IMG/VR virus record: IMGVR_UViG_3300037424_003016 | Coordinates: 1 to 33,091 of that record | DNA: 33,091 bases | Strand: one strand, 5' to 3' | Source of the DNA: a virus | Taxonomy: Duplodnaviria; Caudoviricetes | Shown here: positions 25,301 through 33,091 of the stretch, piece after piece | Layout: each line of letters starts with the position of its first letter | How positions within the stretch are numbered: the first letter of the stretch is position 1 | Notes under the pieces: model-generated | Database searches by the model: none | The model's input: only the letters and a program-made list of their open reading frames with translations | What the model was told of the DNA's origin: nothing | Position numbers and translations under genes: made by a program

Positions 25301-26489
25301 TAAAGATGAAGGTTTCTCTGCATTTAGTGAGGTTGGAGAAGCAGCAAAGAGAATAGGATTATCTATTTTAAAATCATTTGTAGGAGCTATTGATTCTATG
25401 ATAAATATATTCATAGATTTGATTAATGAACTTCTCAATGTTGCAAAGAAAGTACCTTTGCTAAATAAGATTATTGGGGATAATTTCAAGATTGATAAAA
25501 ATGTTTTAAGTAATCTTTTAGGTTTTGCAAAAGAAGCAGAAAAAGCAATTGAACCAACAACACAGACTGCAAAAACAAGTACATCATTTTTTGGTTCTGC
25601 TAAGACTTCTTTAATGTCAGATCAATCAAGCATAACTGATAGTGCAATCGAGCCATTTAGAGAAGCAAGTTTGAGCACTTCAGATTTTGGTCTTAAAGCA
25701 GCTCAGAATTTTACTATTCCATTCAAAGATCCTGTAAATATCAAAGCAGTACAGACTGATGTAATGAATATTTTTCCAAATCAAGCCCAAGCACAACAAA
25801 TGGGGATGGAGTTTGGTAATGCTTTCTTTTCAGGATTAGCTCAAGGCTCTCAGGCTATTGTAGATATATTTCAAACAAATATTAAACCAGTTTTTACAAG
25901 TATGAATGATGCATTAAAAGAATTTATCGCATTATTTTTAAGAAACTTATTTGTCTTAAATTCTGTTCCTGGATACTTGTATAATCTTGCTTTAAAGATT
26001 CATGAATTATTTGTTGGTACTTGGCATTCTGTTTTTAATTCAATTATTGACATAACTGAAAAATCAATAAATACTATGCTAACTAATCTTCAAAAGTTTT
26101 ACAATCAATTAGTTTCTGTACTCAATAAACTTATTGCAGAATACAATAGAGCTGCAAATATTTTATCAAAAGATCTCACGAGGACTAATTCAAGAAGAGT
26201 AAGTTATACTAATTCAAAAGGAGAAACAAGGTATAAGACTGTTAAAGAAACAGAGACTCTTTTCAAAGGAGTTAATATTCCTCGTCTTCAATCATTTTCT
26301 AATGTTGATCTTAAGCCTGTTCAATTAGAAAGACCTATACTTCCAACAGCTCCTGTTTCTGTTAATGCAGGAGGATTTAGTGTAAACATTCAGAACTTTA
26401 ATGCATCATCAGAATCAGATAAACAGAAACTCTTTGCAGAGCTTGATAATTATATTGCACGTAAACTTGGAGAGGTGGTTAGATTATGA
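22386..26489 (+). CDS. Tape measure protein (TP901-family core)
   Basis: 1367 aa; FSAQEVAEA..FAKAGF, LGEALKFVSPLA, GIRGSLAGTSL; amphipathic repeats. Confidence 0.93.
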   Translation: MVESVRIKFKGEDDVSPTLGKIQSGIGSFSSRLDSVGKTFSNFNRKLILGFTAIGTAITVLGVKAIKSFGEFERQIKRVQVLAGGTQEDFKRLTDTAFKLGSSTAFSAQEVAEAFEEFAKAGFKVDEILQASESTLGLATAGNLELAEAVNIAVSALNAFQRDADDTNNVATILTTAFTNSAQTLQDLGEALKFVSPLASSLGISLEELSAALGTLANVGIRGSLAGTSLNQALLQLLNPTSDSAEVMEDLNVQFFSLNESAQAASAIIQATKDDFNALKERVRESDIEVAGLGSQLAEAKRELKLFGDQASAPNSIVESLDGLQYAFDSARLKNSELRDALEAQEKTFISLRSQVSDGQQDFIGLRDTARLLNDAFEEIDASTIARATALVKIFKVRGARAFLTLTKEIDNFNQLFDTIAATEIRTELLDEASLKSALDAQDSFSKQFGITFDNLVSSATKVPEGVDQALKDSKLDERARDIFRSLRGEVQKLQLDSESIEAVLSDFLPLDAVKDFRQIIQLTDQDFESFLGNINATNQDAQTLNKTLLNNLGSALEELQDTVTTTFIRIGGAIAERLDLTSVIRNIQQSIEDFSTGGGVEKLADRLVKVIKTIGSFFKGIGQGFKEVFTPQIVENLKDAFVKNFGLIQQGAEGFGTALGRILGSIVKGGAELITRILNSDIIENASSAFKRLSGVLEKIGPIVGAVATGFVLLSPILGPLFFILSKVVGVFGFLTRGLIGAGKAIGGLFGGAGKLATLFGGVAGKASAVGASASSVATGTTGFIAKLSGLGSTISGIFSAIGTALGVTAGTAAAIVVAIIGTIIGFVNQVRQNFLGLGDDFKVIFGAVVTVFQAIGSALKENFIQVGQLLKPIWEGIKETFNGLGKILASLVAIIIKPFANGLRDAGEEGFNAFDLIKNIVSALFTPLKLALTIIGSVLKAVGAIINFVGDLIGGFVEFGFIVADAFKRFKDEGFSAFSEVGEAAKRIGLSILKSFVGAIDSMINIFIDLINELLNVAKKVPLLNKIIGDNFKIDKNVLSNLLGFAKEAEKAIEPTTQTAKTSTSFFGSAKTSLMSDQSSITDSAIEPFREASLSTSDFGLKAAQNFTIPFKDPVNIKAVQTDVMNIFPNQAQAQQMGMEFGNAFFSGLAQGSQAIVDIFQTNIKPVFTSMNDALKEFIALFLRNLFVLNSVPGYLYNLALKIHELFVGTWHSVFNSIIDITEKSINTMLTNLQKFYNQLVSVLNKLIAEYNRAANILSKDLTRTNSRRVSYTNSKGETRYKTVKETETLFKGVNIPRLQSFSNVDLKPVQLERPILPTAPVSVNAGGFSVNIQNFNASSESDKQKLFAELDNYIARKLGEVVRL

Positions 26490-26869
26490 TTCTAAAAGAT
26501 GAAAATCAGATCAATACGTTATTTGCATTTGATAATAATCAGAAAGCAATTATTAATCTTGAGACTAAAGATAAGGTTGTATGGATAGAACATGAAATTC
26601 CTAACAAAAAAGGAAGCATAAGACATTTCATGGGGAACAATGATGGAGATGTTGTTTTAACAGGAAAACTTCTTGGAGATCACAATACTAAAGTTTTCAA
26701 TAAATCAATTCTTAGAAGTCTTGCACTTAATGGAACAATTCTATATCTTGATTCTGAAAGCTATGAAGATGACCTTGATGGAAAATATGTAATTACTGAA
26801 ATTGATATTCCTGAAAGTGGAGGAGAGCCTTGGGATTTTACCATTGTATTAACTGAGTTCAACAATTAA
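26486..26869 (+). CDS. Distal tail/baseplate protein
   Basis: Follows TMP with ATGA overlap; EHEIP, LTGKL, GKYVITEI patterns. Confidence 0.6.
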   Translation: MILKDENQINTLFAFDNNQKAIINLETKDKVVWIEHEIPNKKGSIRHFMGNNDGDVVLTGKLLGDHNTKVFNKSILRSLALNGTILYLDSESYEDDLDGKYVITEIDIPESGGEPWDFTIVLTEFNN

Positions 26870-26870
26870 C

Positions 26871-29426
26871 ATGACAAGACATAAACCAGTCTATGTAGTA
26901 GAAGCTGATGTAGGAAATGGTTGGCAAACTATCAGCAATAAAGTAATCAAATGGAATGCTAACACTTCAGTTACTGCAAAGACTAATACATCTTCTCTTA
27001 CTCTTGATTATTCTGCATTACAACAAATTCAATCACTCAAGAGTTCTTCAAAGATTAAAATTCTTGCAGGTTATGACCTTCTTGATCTGAAGCTATTATT
27101 TGATGGTCTTGTTAGAAGTATAAAGAAATCAAATACTTCAGAAGAATTTGACATAGAAGCTGATGATTATTCAGTTTTTATGCTTGATAGATTTATTACT
27201 GATGCATTTGAAAATGAGAAAGCTGTTGATATTATTAAAGATATTTTACAAGAAAAGATTCCTGAATATACATGGGATGATGAGAGTTTTGATGATAATG
27301 ATTTTGTTGTAGAAAAAATCGCTTTTGAAGATAAAACAATAATTGAGATTATTGAATATATTTGTAATCTTATAGGTTTTAATTTTTGGATAGAATCTGA
27401 TGGCTTAGGAACAATAAAGTTTTTTTGTAAAGTTAGAAAAAGCAATGATTCTGATTTTGTTCTTGAAAGAGGAAAGAATCTGAAAGGACTTATTTACATT
27501 GAAGATAAAAGTCAAATGTTTAACAGAGTTATTGTTGAAGGTGATAAACGAGAATTTTCAACAAATGAAAATTTCAATGGTGATGGTGTATCACAAGAGG
27601 TTTATCTTAGATTTAAGCCAAGAAATGTCAGAGTACTTATCGATGGCGTTCTATTAAAAGGTGGTGTTGAAGGTATAACACAAAATCCTGATTTTACTGT
27701 TGATTATTATAATCGTAAAATTTCATTTACTGTTTCTCCTGCATATGGTTCAGACATTGAAGTTGATTATGCTTATGATGTTCCGATAAAAGTAGAAGCA
27801 ACTGATTTAGGTTCGATTGCTAAGTATGGAGAGAAAGTTCAGTTTATCAAGAACAAAAATATCAAGGAAAAAACTGAAGCTAAAAAGTATGCAAGAGAAT
27901 ATATTAAACAATATGGTAAACCTCAATTTATTGCTGAGGCTGAAACTCCAGCAAGTACTGAGTTTTCAGTTGGAGATGTTATTACAGTAAAAGACTTAGC
28001 AAAAGGAATAAATAATTCAATGCAAGTTCTTGAATGCAATTACACTTATTCAAAAACAGAAGGATTCAATAGTTCTCTTAAACTTGCTCACACATCTCAA
28101 ACAGGAACAAATGTTTTGAAAGATATTATTCTTAGACTTAAACAATTAGAAGAATTGCTAAAAGGAGATGTTGAGGTAGTAACTAAACTAACTTCATTTC
28201 AAGATACGATCACAATTAGAATCAAGAGAATTACTGCTAAGAAAAGAGCATTGCTGGAAGGTTTTACTTGGAGCAAAGAAGGAGTTTGGAATCATAATGA
28301 TTGGGGTGTTGATAACTATGTTGGTTTTGAAACATTCTTTGAATATGGAGATAAAGATGTGCTTCATAGAGATACTTCTTTTTTTGCAGAAGAAGATTTG
28401 AGTGTTCATGTAATCTTTAGTCCTGAACTTGATAAAATATTTGTATGGTCTTATGGAAATTGGAATAAAGATTCTTGGAGTGGAGAAACTGAATTTGTAA
28501 TTCCGACTCCAACAATACTTAAGAAAATAATAGATGACATTAAGTTTGATATTGAAAGATCAAGATTTGAATTATCAATACATCCTGATTTCTCAGATGC
28601 AACTCTTTGGAGTCTTAATGGTGGAAGTCCACCATATTGGTCTAAATTAGGCTTTACAAGAACAATCAAAGATTTCACTCCAGCTCAAGCAATCCACGAT
28701 AAAAAAGTATATGATGAATTATTTGAGACTGATAGACTTCTTGGAGAATTATCAATTAATTCTAACATTCAAGAGCACACACCTATTTGGTCTTTGAGAT
28801 ATACTTGGAGCAACACAGGACAAGAGAATATTTTGTCTGAAGAAACTCAGTTAAAATATACACAGGACTTGCATAACTTCTCAGATAGATTAATCCTTGC
28901 ACAAGAATTCTTATCATACTTAGATGATGAATTAGTCTTTAGCAGGTCAAGATGGAATAAATCTCAAAATGTAGATGTGGAATTAACAGAAAATATTATT
29001 TTGAAAGAAATAGATAATAAGATTATCTCGGAAGATAAAGTCAGTTTCCAGATTAATGATCTGCAAGACGGTTTCTTCTGGGGAGTAAGAGGATGGAGTA
29101 CTGATGACTGGGGAAATATCCCTAAAGGATTATCACAACAAGACATCCAACAAAGAAAACAAACATCAGGAATAGTTTCATCAGATAAAACGAGAGTCGA
29201 ATTAACATTTGACTCAGTGTTCAAAGGATGGAGCATTAAGCTTTGGAGTAAAGATGGATGGATATCATATCAACAACCAACTCAAACAGAATCAACTCAT
29301 GAAAAAACAAAGAATGAAGAATTGCTCGTTTCAGAAAGAGAATCTTTTGAAACAATACTTGCAACAAACATTCAGACAAATTATGTTCATTCAAAATCAA
29401 AATGGAGTGATGTAGCATGGTCATGA
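26871..29426 (+). CDS. Baseplate hub/Tal-like tail protein with Trp-repeat C-terminal extension
   Basis: LFDGLV, FNRVIVEG, SIAKYGEK, VGDVITVKD hub patterns; repeated W-x4-W-x4-W-like motifs after about aa 465. Confidence 0.7.
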   Translation: MTRHKPVYVVEADVGNGWQTISNKVIKWNANTSVTAKTNTSSLTLDYSALQQIQSLKSSSKIKILAGYDLLDLKLLFDGLVRSIKKSNTSEEFDIEADDYSVFMLDRFITDAFENEKAVDIIKDILQEKIPEYTWDDESFDDNDFVVEKIAFEDKTIIEIIEYICNLIGFNFWIESDGLGTIKFFCKVRKSNDSDFVLERGKNLKGLIYIEDKSQMFNRVIVEGDKREFSTNENFNGDGVSQEVYLRFKPRNVRVLIDGVLLKGGVEGITQNPDFTVDYYNRKISFTVSPAYGSDIEVDYAYDVPIKVEATDLGSIAKYGEKVQFIKNKNIKEKTEAKKYAREYIKQYGKPQFIAEAETPASTEFSVGDVITVKDLAKGINNSMQVLECNYTYSKTEGFNSSLKLAHTSQTGTNVLKDIILRLKQLEELLKGDVEVVTKLTSFQDTITIRIKRITAKKRALLEGFTWSKEGVWNHNDWGVDNYVGFETFFEYGDKDVLHRDTSFFAEEDLSVHVIFSPELDKIFVWSYGNWNKDSWSGETEFVIPTPTILKKIIDDIKFDIERSRFELSIHPDFSDATLWSLNGGSPPYWSKLGFTRTIKDFTPAQAIHDKKVYDELFETDRLLGELSINSNIQEHTPIWSLRYTWSNTGQENILSEETQLKYTQDLHNFSDRLILAQEFLSYLDDELVFSRSRWNKSQNVDVELTENIILKEIDNKIISEDKVSFQINDLQDGFFWGVRGWSTDDWGNIPKGLSQQDIQQRKQTSGIVSSDKTRVELTFDSVFKGWSIKLWSKDGWISYQQPTQTESTHEKTKNEELLVSERESFETILATNIQTNYVHSKSKWSDVAWS

Positions 29427-29881
29427 AAACAAATGAAAACCTAAAAGCAAAAGGAACAGTAAACATACAGGTCATCAATAAAGATGGCAAGGTCATTGAG
29501 AGTATGACCACAAACAAAGTAGTAAATCTTGGAATTCAAGCACTACTAAAAAGCGTAAACGGAGCATACAGTGGACTAATTGAACATTTTAAGATTGGTA
29601 CAGGAAACACAGCTCCACAAGGAACAAACACAGATTTAGAACAACCCGTGGAATTTGAAACTGGCTTATCGACTAAAGCATACGATACAGTAGGATATCC
29701 TTCTGAAAAAGAAGTACAGTATCAGCTAACGATAGATTTCACAGAAGGAAACGGAAACACCCTAAGTGAAATTGGATTATACTTTGCAGATAGTAGAATG
29801 TTCTCAAGATTTATTCATCAAGGAATAAACAAAACAAGCTACATCAAGATAGTATTCCAATACACTATCAAAATCGAATGA
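29417..29881 (+). CDS. Minor tail / fibre-attachment protein
   Basis: NKVVNLG, HFKIGTG, EGNGNTLSEIGL, KTS motifs. Confidence 0.65.
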   Translation: MVMKTNENLKAKGTVNIQVINKDGKVIESMTTNKVVNLGIQALLKSVNGAYSGLIEHFKIGTGNTAPQGTNTDLEQPVEFETGLSTKAYDTVGYPSEKEVQYQLTIDFTEGNGNTLSEIGLYFADSRMFSRFIHQGINKTSYIKIVFQYTIKIE

Positions 29882-29889
29882 GGTAAACC

Positions 29890-30237
29890 ATGGCAATAAC
29901 TAACATTGGAAAAAAGCAAGTGCTTGAAGCATTAAAAAATAAAATAACTCATTTTGCTTTAGGAACTGCTCTAAACAGTGATTCAGAATTTGCCACAAGT
30001 TTAGGAGAAGAACAATTCAGAAAACCAGTCACTGACAAAATAATAATTGAAGAAACAAACAGCATAGATGTAGAATGCTTTGTAGCATCAGCTGAAGGTA
30101 ATGGACACGACTTCTCAGAATTAGGATTACTTGACTCATTTAGTGGAGGCAATCTATTCGTAATCACAAATTTTCCCCCTGAAACAAAAACAAGCTTACT
30201 CGAATGGTTGGTGGACATTGAGATTGAGATAAAATAA
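29890..30237 (+). CDS. Minor tail / fibre-attachment protein, paralog of the preceding gene
   Basis: ITNIG, HFALGT, EGNGHDFSELGL, KTS motifs. Confidence 0.65.
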   Translation: MAITNIGKKQVLEALKNKITHFALGTALNSDSEFATSLGEEQFRKPVTDKIIIEETNSIDVECFVASAEGNGHDFSELGLLDSFSGGNLFVITNFPPETKTSLLEWLVDIEIEIK

Positions 30238-30266
30238 CATAAAGAAAGAAATAAGAGGTATATACT

Positions 30267-32936
30267 ATGGCATACGAAATCAAAAATAATGAAATTGCTT
30301 GGGCATCTGCAGTTGAAAATATCAATAGAGGTTACAGAGTTTTTGGAGTTAGTGATAATAATTCATTCAAAGTATTCCCTTTTGAAAACATGACAATTAA
30401 TCTGCCAAATGGTGGACAATGTTGGATAAATGATAAAAGGAATGTTTGGACTGATCACATTCAGGATGATTTTGAAGGAGGAGTATCTAACTGGCAATCA
30501 CACGAAGACACAGCAATTACTACAGAGAACAGTATTGTATTTGAAGGAAACCAATCATTAAAAATGAATTGGAGTCACGACGGAATAAGTCAGTTCAAAA
30601 ACAGAATTTACAAAGAATATAACTCAGTAGATATAAAATACAGAAATAAATTAATCTTACAATTCTATCCTCTTGCAACACTACAAAATGATCTCTACAT
30701 CAAATATAAAAATAACAACAGCGAGTTTATCTTAACTCAAATTCCTGCAGGTTCACTAATTGCTGGACAATGGAATAGAATCTTAGTTAATCTTCCAAGT
30801 AACGATGTTCAAAAGAATAAATTTCAAGCATTAATCTTTGAATTTGATGGACTACAATGGACTGCAGGAACACATTCATTCTATTTTGACATGGTTGAAT
30901 TTGATACTCAAATAGAACTTCCTGAAGCAGATCCAAACGATGAAAGAAAAGACCTTGTTGTAGTCGGAGATGATGGAAAGATTCAACTTATTGAAGGAAC
31001 ACCTCAAAGTCAGAATCCTGTTGAACCACCTGATCTTCCAGCTGATAAACACGCACTTGCAATCATAACAGTTCCTGCAGGATTAACTACTATTACTGCA
31101 ACAAATATTTTTGATACAAGAGTCCCAAATACTTTCGCAGTAAATGCAGACAAAACTAAAAATGAACTAACAGTAATCAAAAGTCAAATAGTAGATTTAG
31201 CTCTTGCAGATATTGAACAGAATGCACTTCTTAACTTACCAAGTGATATTCCTTTCTCTAACATGGTTGTTGAGAAGTTCTGGGATAAAGATGGACTTAA
31301 TGACACAGTTGAAGTTGTGACTGAAGGAGAAAACACCCATGGATTTTATGAAGCCATAGATGTTGCTAGAGGACAAGTTAATGTTTCAGGATTACCTGAT
31401 ATTTCAGGTCTTGGAGGAACTGGATGGGGACAAGCTACATGGAGAACAAGAGCATATTATTGGAGAGGAAAAGTATGGACTTGGATGCATAGTAATTCTG
31501 TCTACAATGAAATTGGTTGGGGAATTGCATCAATAAATCCAATCACAGGAGAAAAAGTCTTTGCGAATATATGGACTGATGATTGGCAAAGCGATCCAAA
31601 TGATATAACTCCAAATGCAAGTCGAGAATTTAGTTTCTATAAACAAAATAGCACTACTTGGTGTGCTCATCCAAAAGACTGGTGTCATGATGAAGATTAT
31701 TTGTACATTCCAGTTTATATCTCATCTACTCATGCAGGATACTATTCAAGTCAAGTTATTATTTTAGTTTTAGATGAAGATGGGAATGTAGTTAGAAAAA
31801 TTCAAGCTGAAGATACTAATGGTGGTTTTCATGATTGGTATGGAATCCAAACTTTCTATTATGATGTAAATTTGAAAGCTTTTCTTTTATGGCATAGTGG
31901 GAGACGATACACTGATTGGGGTCATCATTATTGTCCTGTGATGTATGATAAAAATTGGAATGCTATCTTTTCAGGAAATATGGTCTCAGCAGAATATTAT
32001 CCTTATGTCTTTGCTTACCTGCCTGAAAACCAATTTTTATATCAAATTAATTGGAGACAAGCTACAAGTAATTTTAGGTTGGATGCCTGGCGATGGAGAG
32101 TTAATACTGAGACAAATGGTAGGATAAACATAACTTATCAGGGAGCATACTCTCAGGTAAATCACACAAACACAAATGGTAGACCATTATGGTTTAATCA
32201 AGCCACAATCTGTAATCAGAAAGATAGAATATGGTTACCTTATAGAGATGCCGAATATCATATCAGATGTCTTTACATTCAAGCTGGATATAATGATGAT
32301 TGGTGGCAAAATTACAATATAGGGGACAATCCTAATGACAGAGGTATTATTGTTGAATCGGCTGTTGAATCGGCTGAAACAAACGGTATTCCTTTCGTGT
32401 CATGGGCTGTTGCTTATGGAAGTGATACTGCATTCTATGGATTTGGAGATAAAACTTACAAGTTAGAGGGTGGTAAAACAACACCTGGAGAAGTAGTTGC
32501 AGCTGGATCATTTGCAGGACGAAGAGGTGTTAGTTCAGTAGGTAAATCAAGTCTTGCTTTTTGGGATACTACAAATGATGCATTCTATATTGCTGATTAT
32601 GCAAATGCATTGACTGGTAGAGAACAGACTGGATTTGATTTCAAAACAAAGACATTCAATTTTGAAAACACTAAAGGAATTTACATTACAGCAAAAGTTG
32701 CAGGTAGAGGAACATCAGAACTTCTTTCTAAAATGAGAGTTGATGTTCTTGATAACACTGGAAGTCCTATTGCTGGATTAACTGATTTGAGTGTAGATAC
32801 TTATCAATCAATACCTTTGGGAGTTCAACCTTTGAATCAATTTAAACTTAGGTTTTACTATGTTCCTGATGGTGTTGCAGACATCTTGGCTCAATTCCAT
32901 GAGTATGGTGTTTTCATTGATAATGAGGTGGCTTAA
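30267..32936 (+). CDS. Putative tail fibre / receptor-binding protein (carbohydrate-binding-like N-terminal domain, aromatic beta-rich C-terminal domain)
   Basis: DDFEGG..W, EGNQSLK, GQWNRI, FYFD pattern; RKDLVVV...GTP...PPDLP fibre-anchor motif; W/Y-rich C-terminal half. Confidence 0.65.
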   Translation: MAYEIKNNEIAWASAVENINRGYRVFGVSDNNSFKVFPFENMTINLPNGGQCWINDKRNVWTDHIQDDFEGGVSNWQSHEDTAITTENSIVFEGNQSLKMNWSHDGISQFKNRIYKEYNSVDIKYRNKLILQFYPLATLQNDLYIKYKNNNSEFILTQIPAGSLIAGQWNRILVNLPSNDVQKNKFQALIFEFDGLQWTAGTHSFYFDMVEFDTQIELPEADPNDERKDLVVVGDDGKIQLIEGTPQSQNPVEPPDLPADKHALAIITVPAGLTTITATNIFDTRVPNTFAVNADKTKNELTVIKSQIVDLALADIEQNALLNLPSDIPFSNMVVEKFWDKDGLNDTVEVVTEGENTHGFYEAIDVARGQVNVSGLPDISGLGGTGWGQATWRTRAYYWRGKVWTWMHSNSVYNEIGWGIASINPITGEKVFANIWTDDWQSDPNDITPNASREFSFYKQNSTTWCAHPKDWCHDEDYLYIPVYISSTHAGYYSSQVIILVLDEDGNVVRKIQAEDTNGGFHDWYGIQTFYYDVNLKAFLLWHSGRRYTDWGHHYCPVMYDKNWNAIFSGNMVSAEYYPYVFAYLPENQFLYQINWRQATSNFRLDAWRWRVNTETNGRINITYQGAYSQVNHTNTNGRPLWFNQATICNQKDRIWLPYRDAEYHIRCLYIQAGYNDDWWQNYNIGDNPNDRGIIVESAVESAETNGIPFVSWAVAYGSDTAFYGFGDKTYKLEGGKTTPGEVVAAGSFAGRRGVSSVGKSSLAFWDTTNDAFYIADYANALTGREQTGFDFKTKTFNFENTKGIYITAKVAGRGTSELLSKMRVDVLDNTGSPIAGLTDLSVDTYQSIPLGVQPLNQFKLRFYYVPDGVADILAQFHEYGVFIDNEVA

Positions 32937-32938
32937 AG

Positions 32939-33091
32939 ATGAGGATTTATCGTAGAAGATTATCTGTAGCTCAAATGATTCAAGCAAGAGCAAGACTCAT
33001 GGCACAAAAAGCAGAGTATGAAGTTGGTTCAATAGAAGAATCAAATTGTCAGATTATAATTGACAGATATACACAATTAATAGGAGAATAA
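32939..33091 (+). CDS. Small hypothetical protein, 50 aa
   Basis: Manual translation MRIYRRRLSVAQ...QLIGE*; GAGGTGG upstream. Confidence 0.45.
   Translation: MRIYRRRLSVAQMIQARARLMAQKAEYEVGSIEESNCQIIIDRYTQLIGE

Noticed and set aside
24281-25489. Long antisense ORFs inside the tape measure gene, and other short shadow ORFs in the track
   Set aside because: They lie fully within well-supported genes and reflect codon bias on the opposite strand; no motifs or RBS.
30267-32936. Tail fibre as a third DGR target
   Set aside because: No TR-like sequence, IMH or GCGCC-GGA-GGCGC hairpin was found by eye at its 3' end.

Overview
Low-GC genome segment of a tailed (siphovirus-like, HK97-fold) virus or provirus, probably archaeal. 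Host evidence is a GINS B-domain gene, TATA-type promoters, GGAGGT/AGGTGA ribosome-binding sites and DGR cis-elements resembling those described in DPANN archaea; the host assignment is inference. The + strand carries an adenine MTase, ParB-like protein, terminase, portal-MuF fusion, prohead protease, scaffold, two paralogous capsid proteins, neck, tail tube, chaperone with a probable -1 frameshift, tape measure, hub and a receptor-binding protein. An ~8 kb cassette (6575-14584) lies between the portal and protease genes and holds a diversity-generating retroelement (DGR) of unusual design. Its template repeat (6597-6682) sits in what looks like a stand-alone structured ncRNA with its own promoter and terminator, 6 kb from and antisense to the reverse transcriptase. 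The RT has a C-terminal HTH plus a Cys-rich extension, and no avd gene is visible. The DGR targets two paralogous C-type-lectin-like proteins rather than the tail fibre. These are interleaved in one operon with a MoxR-like AAA+ ATPase and a HExxH-metallopeptidase/vWA protein, preceded by two AbrB-like regulators. One target carries an amber stop inside its variable region.
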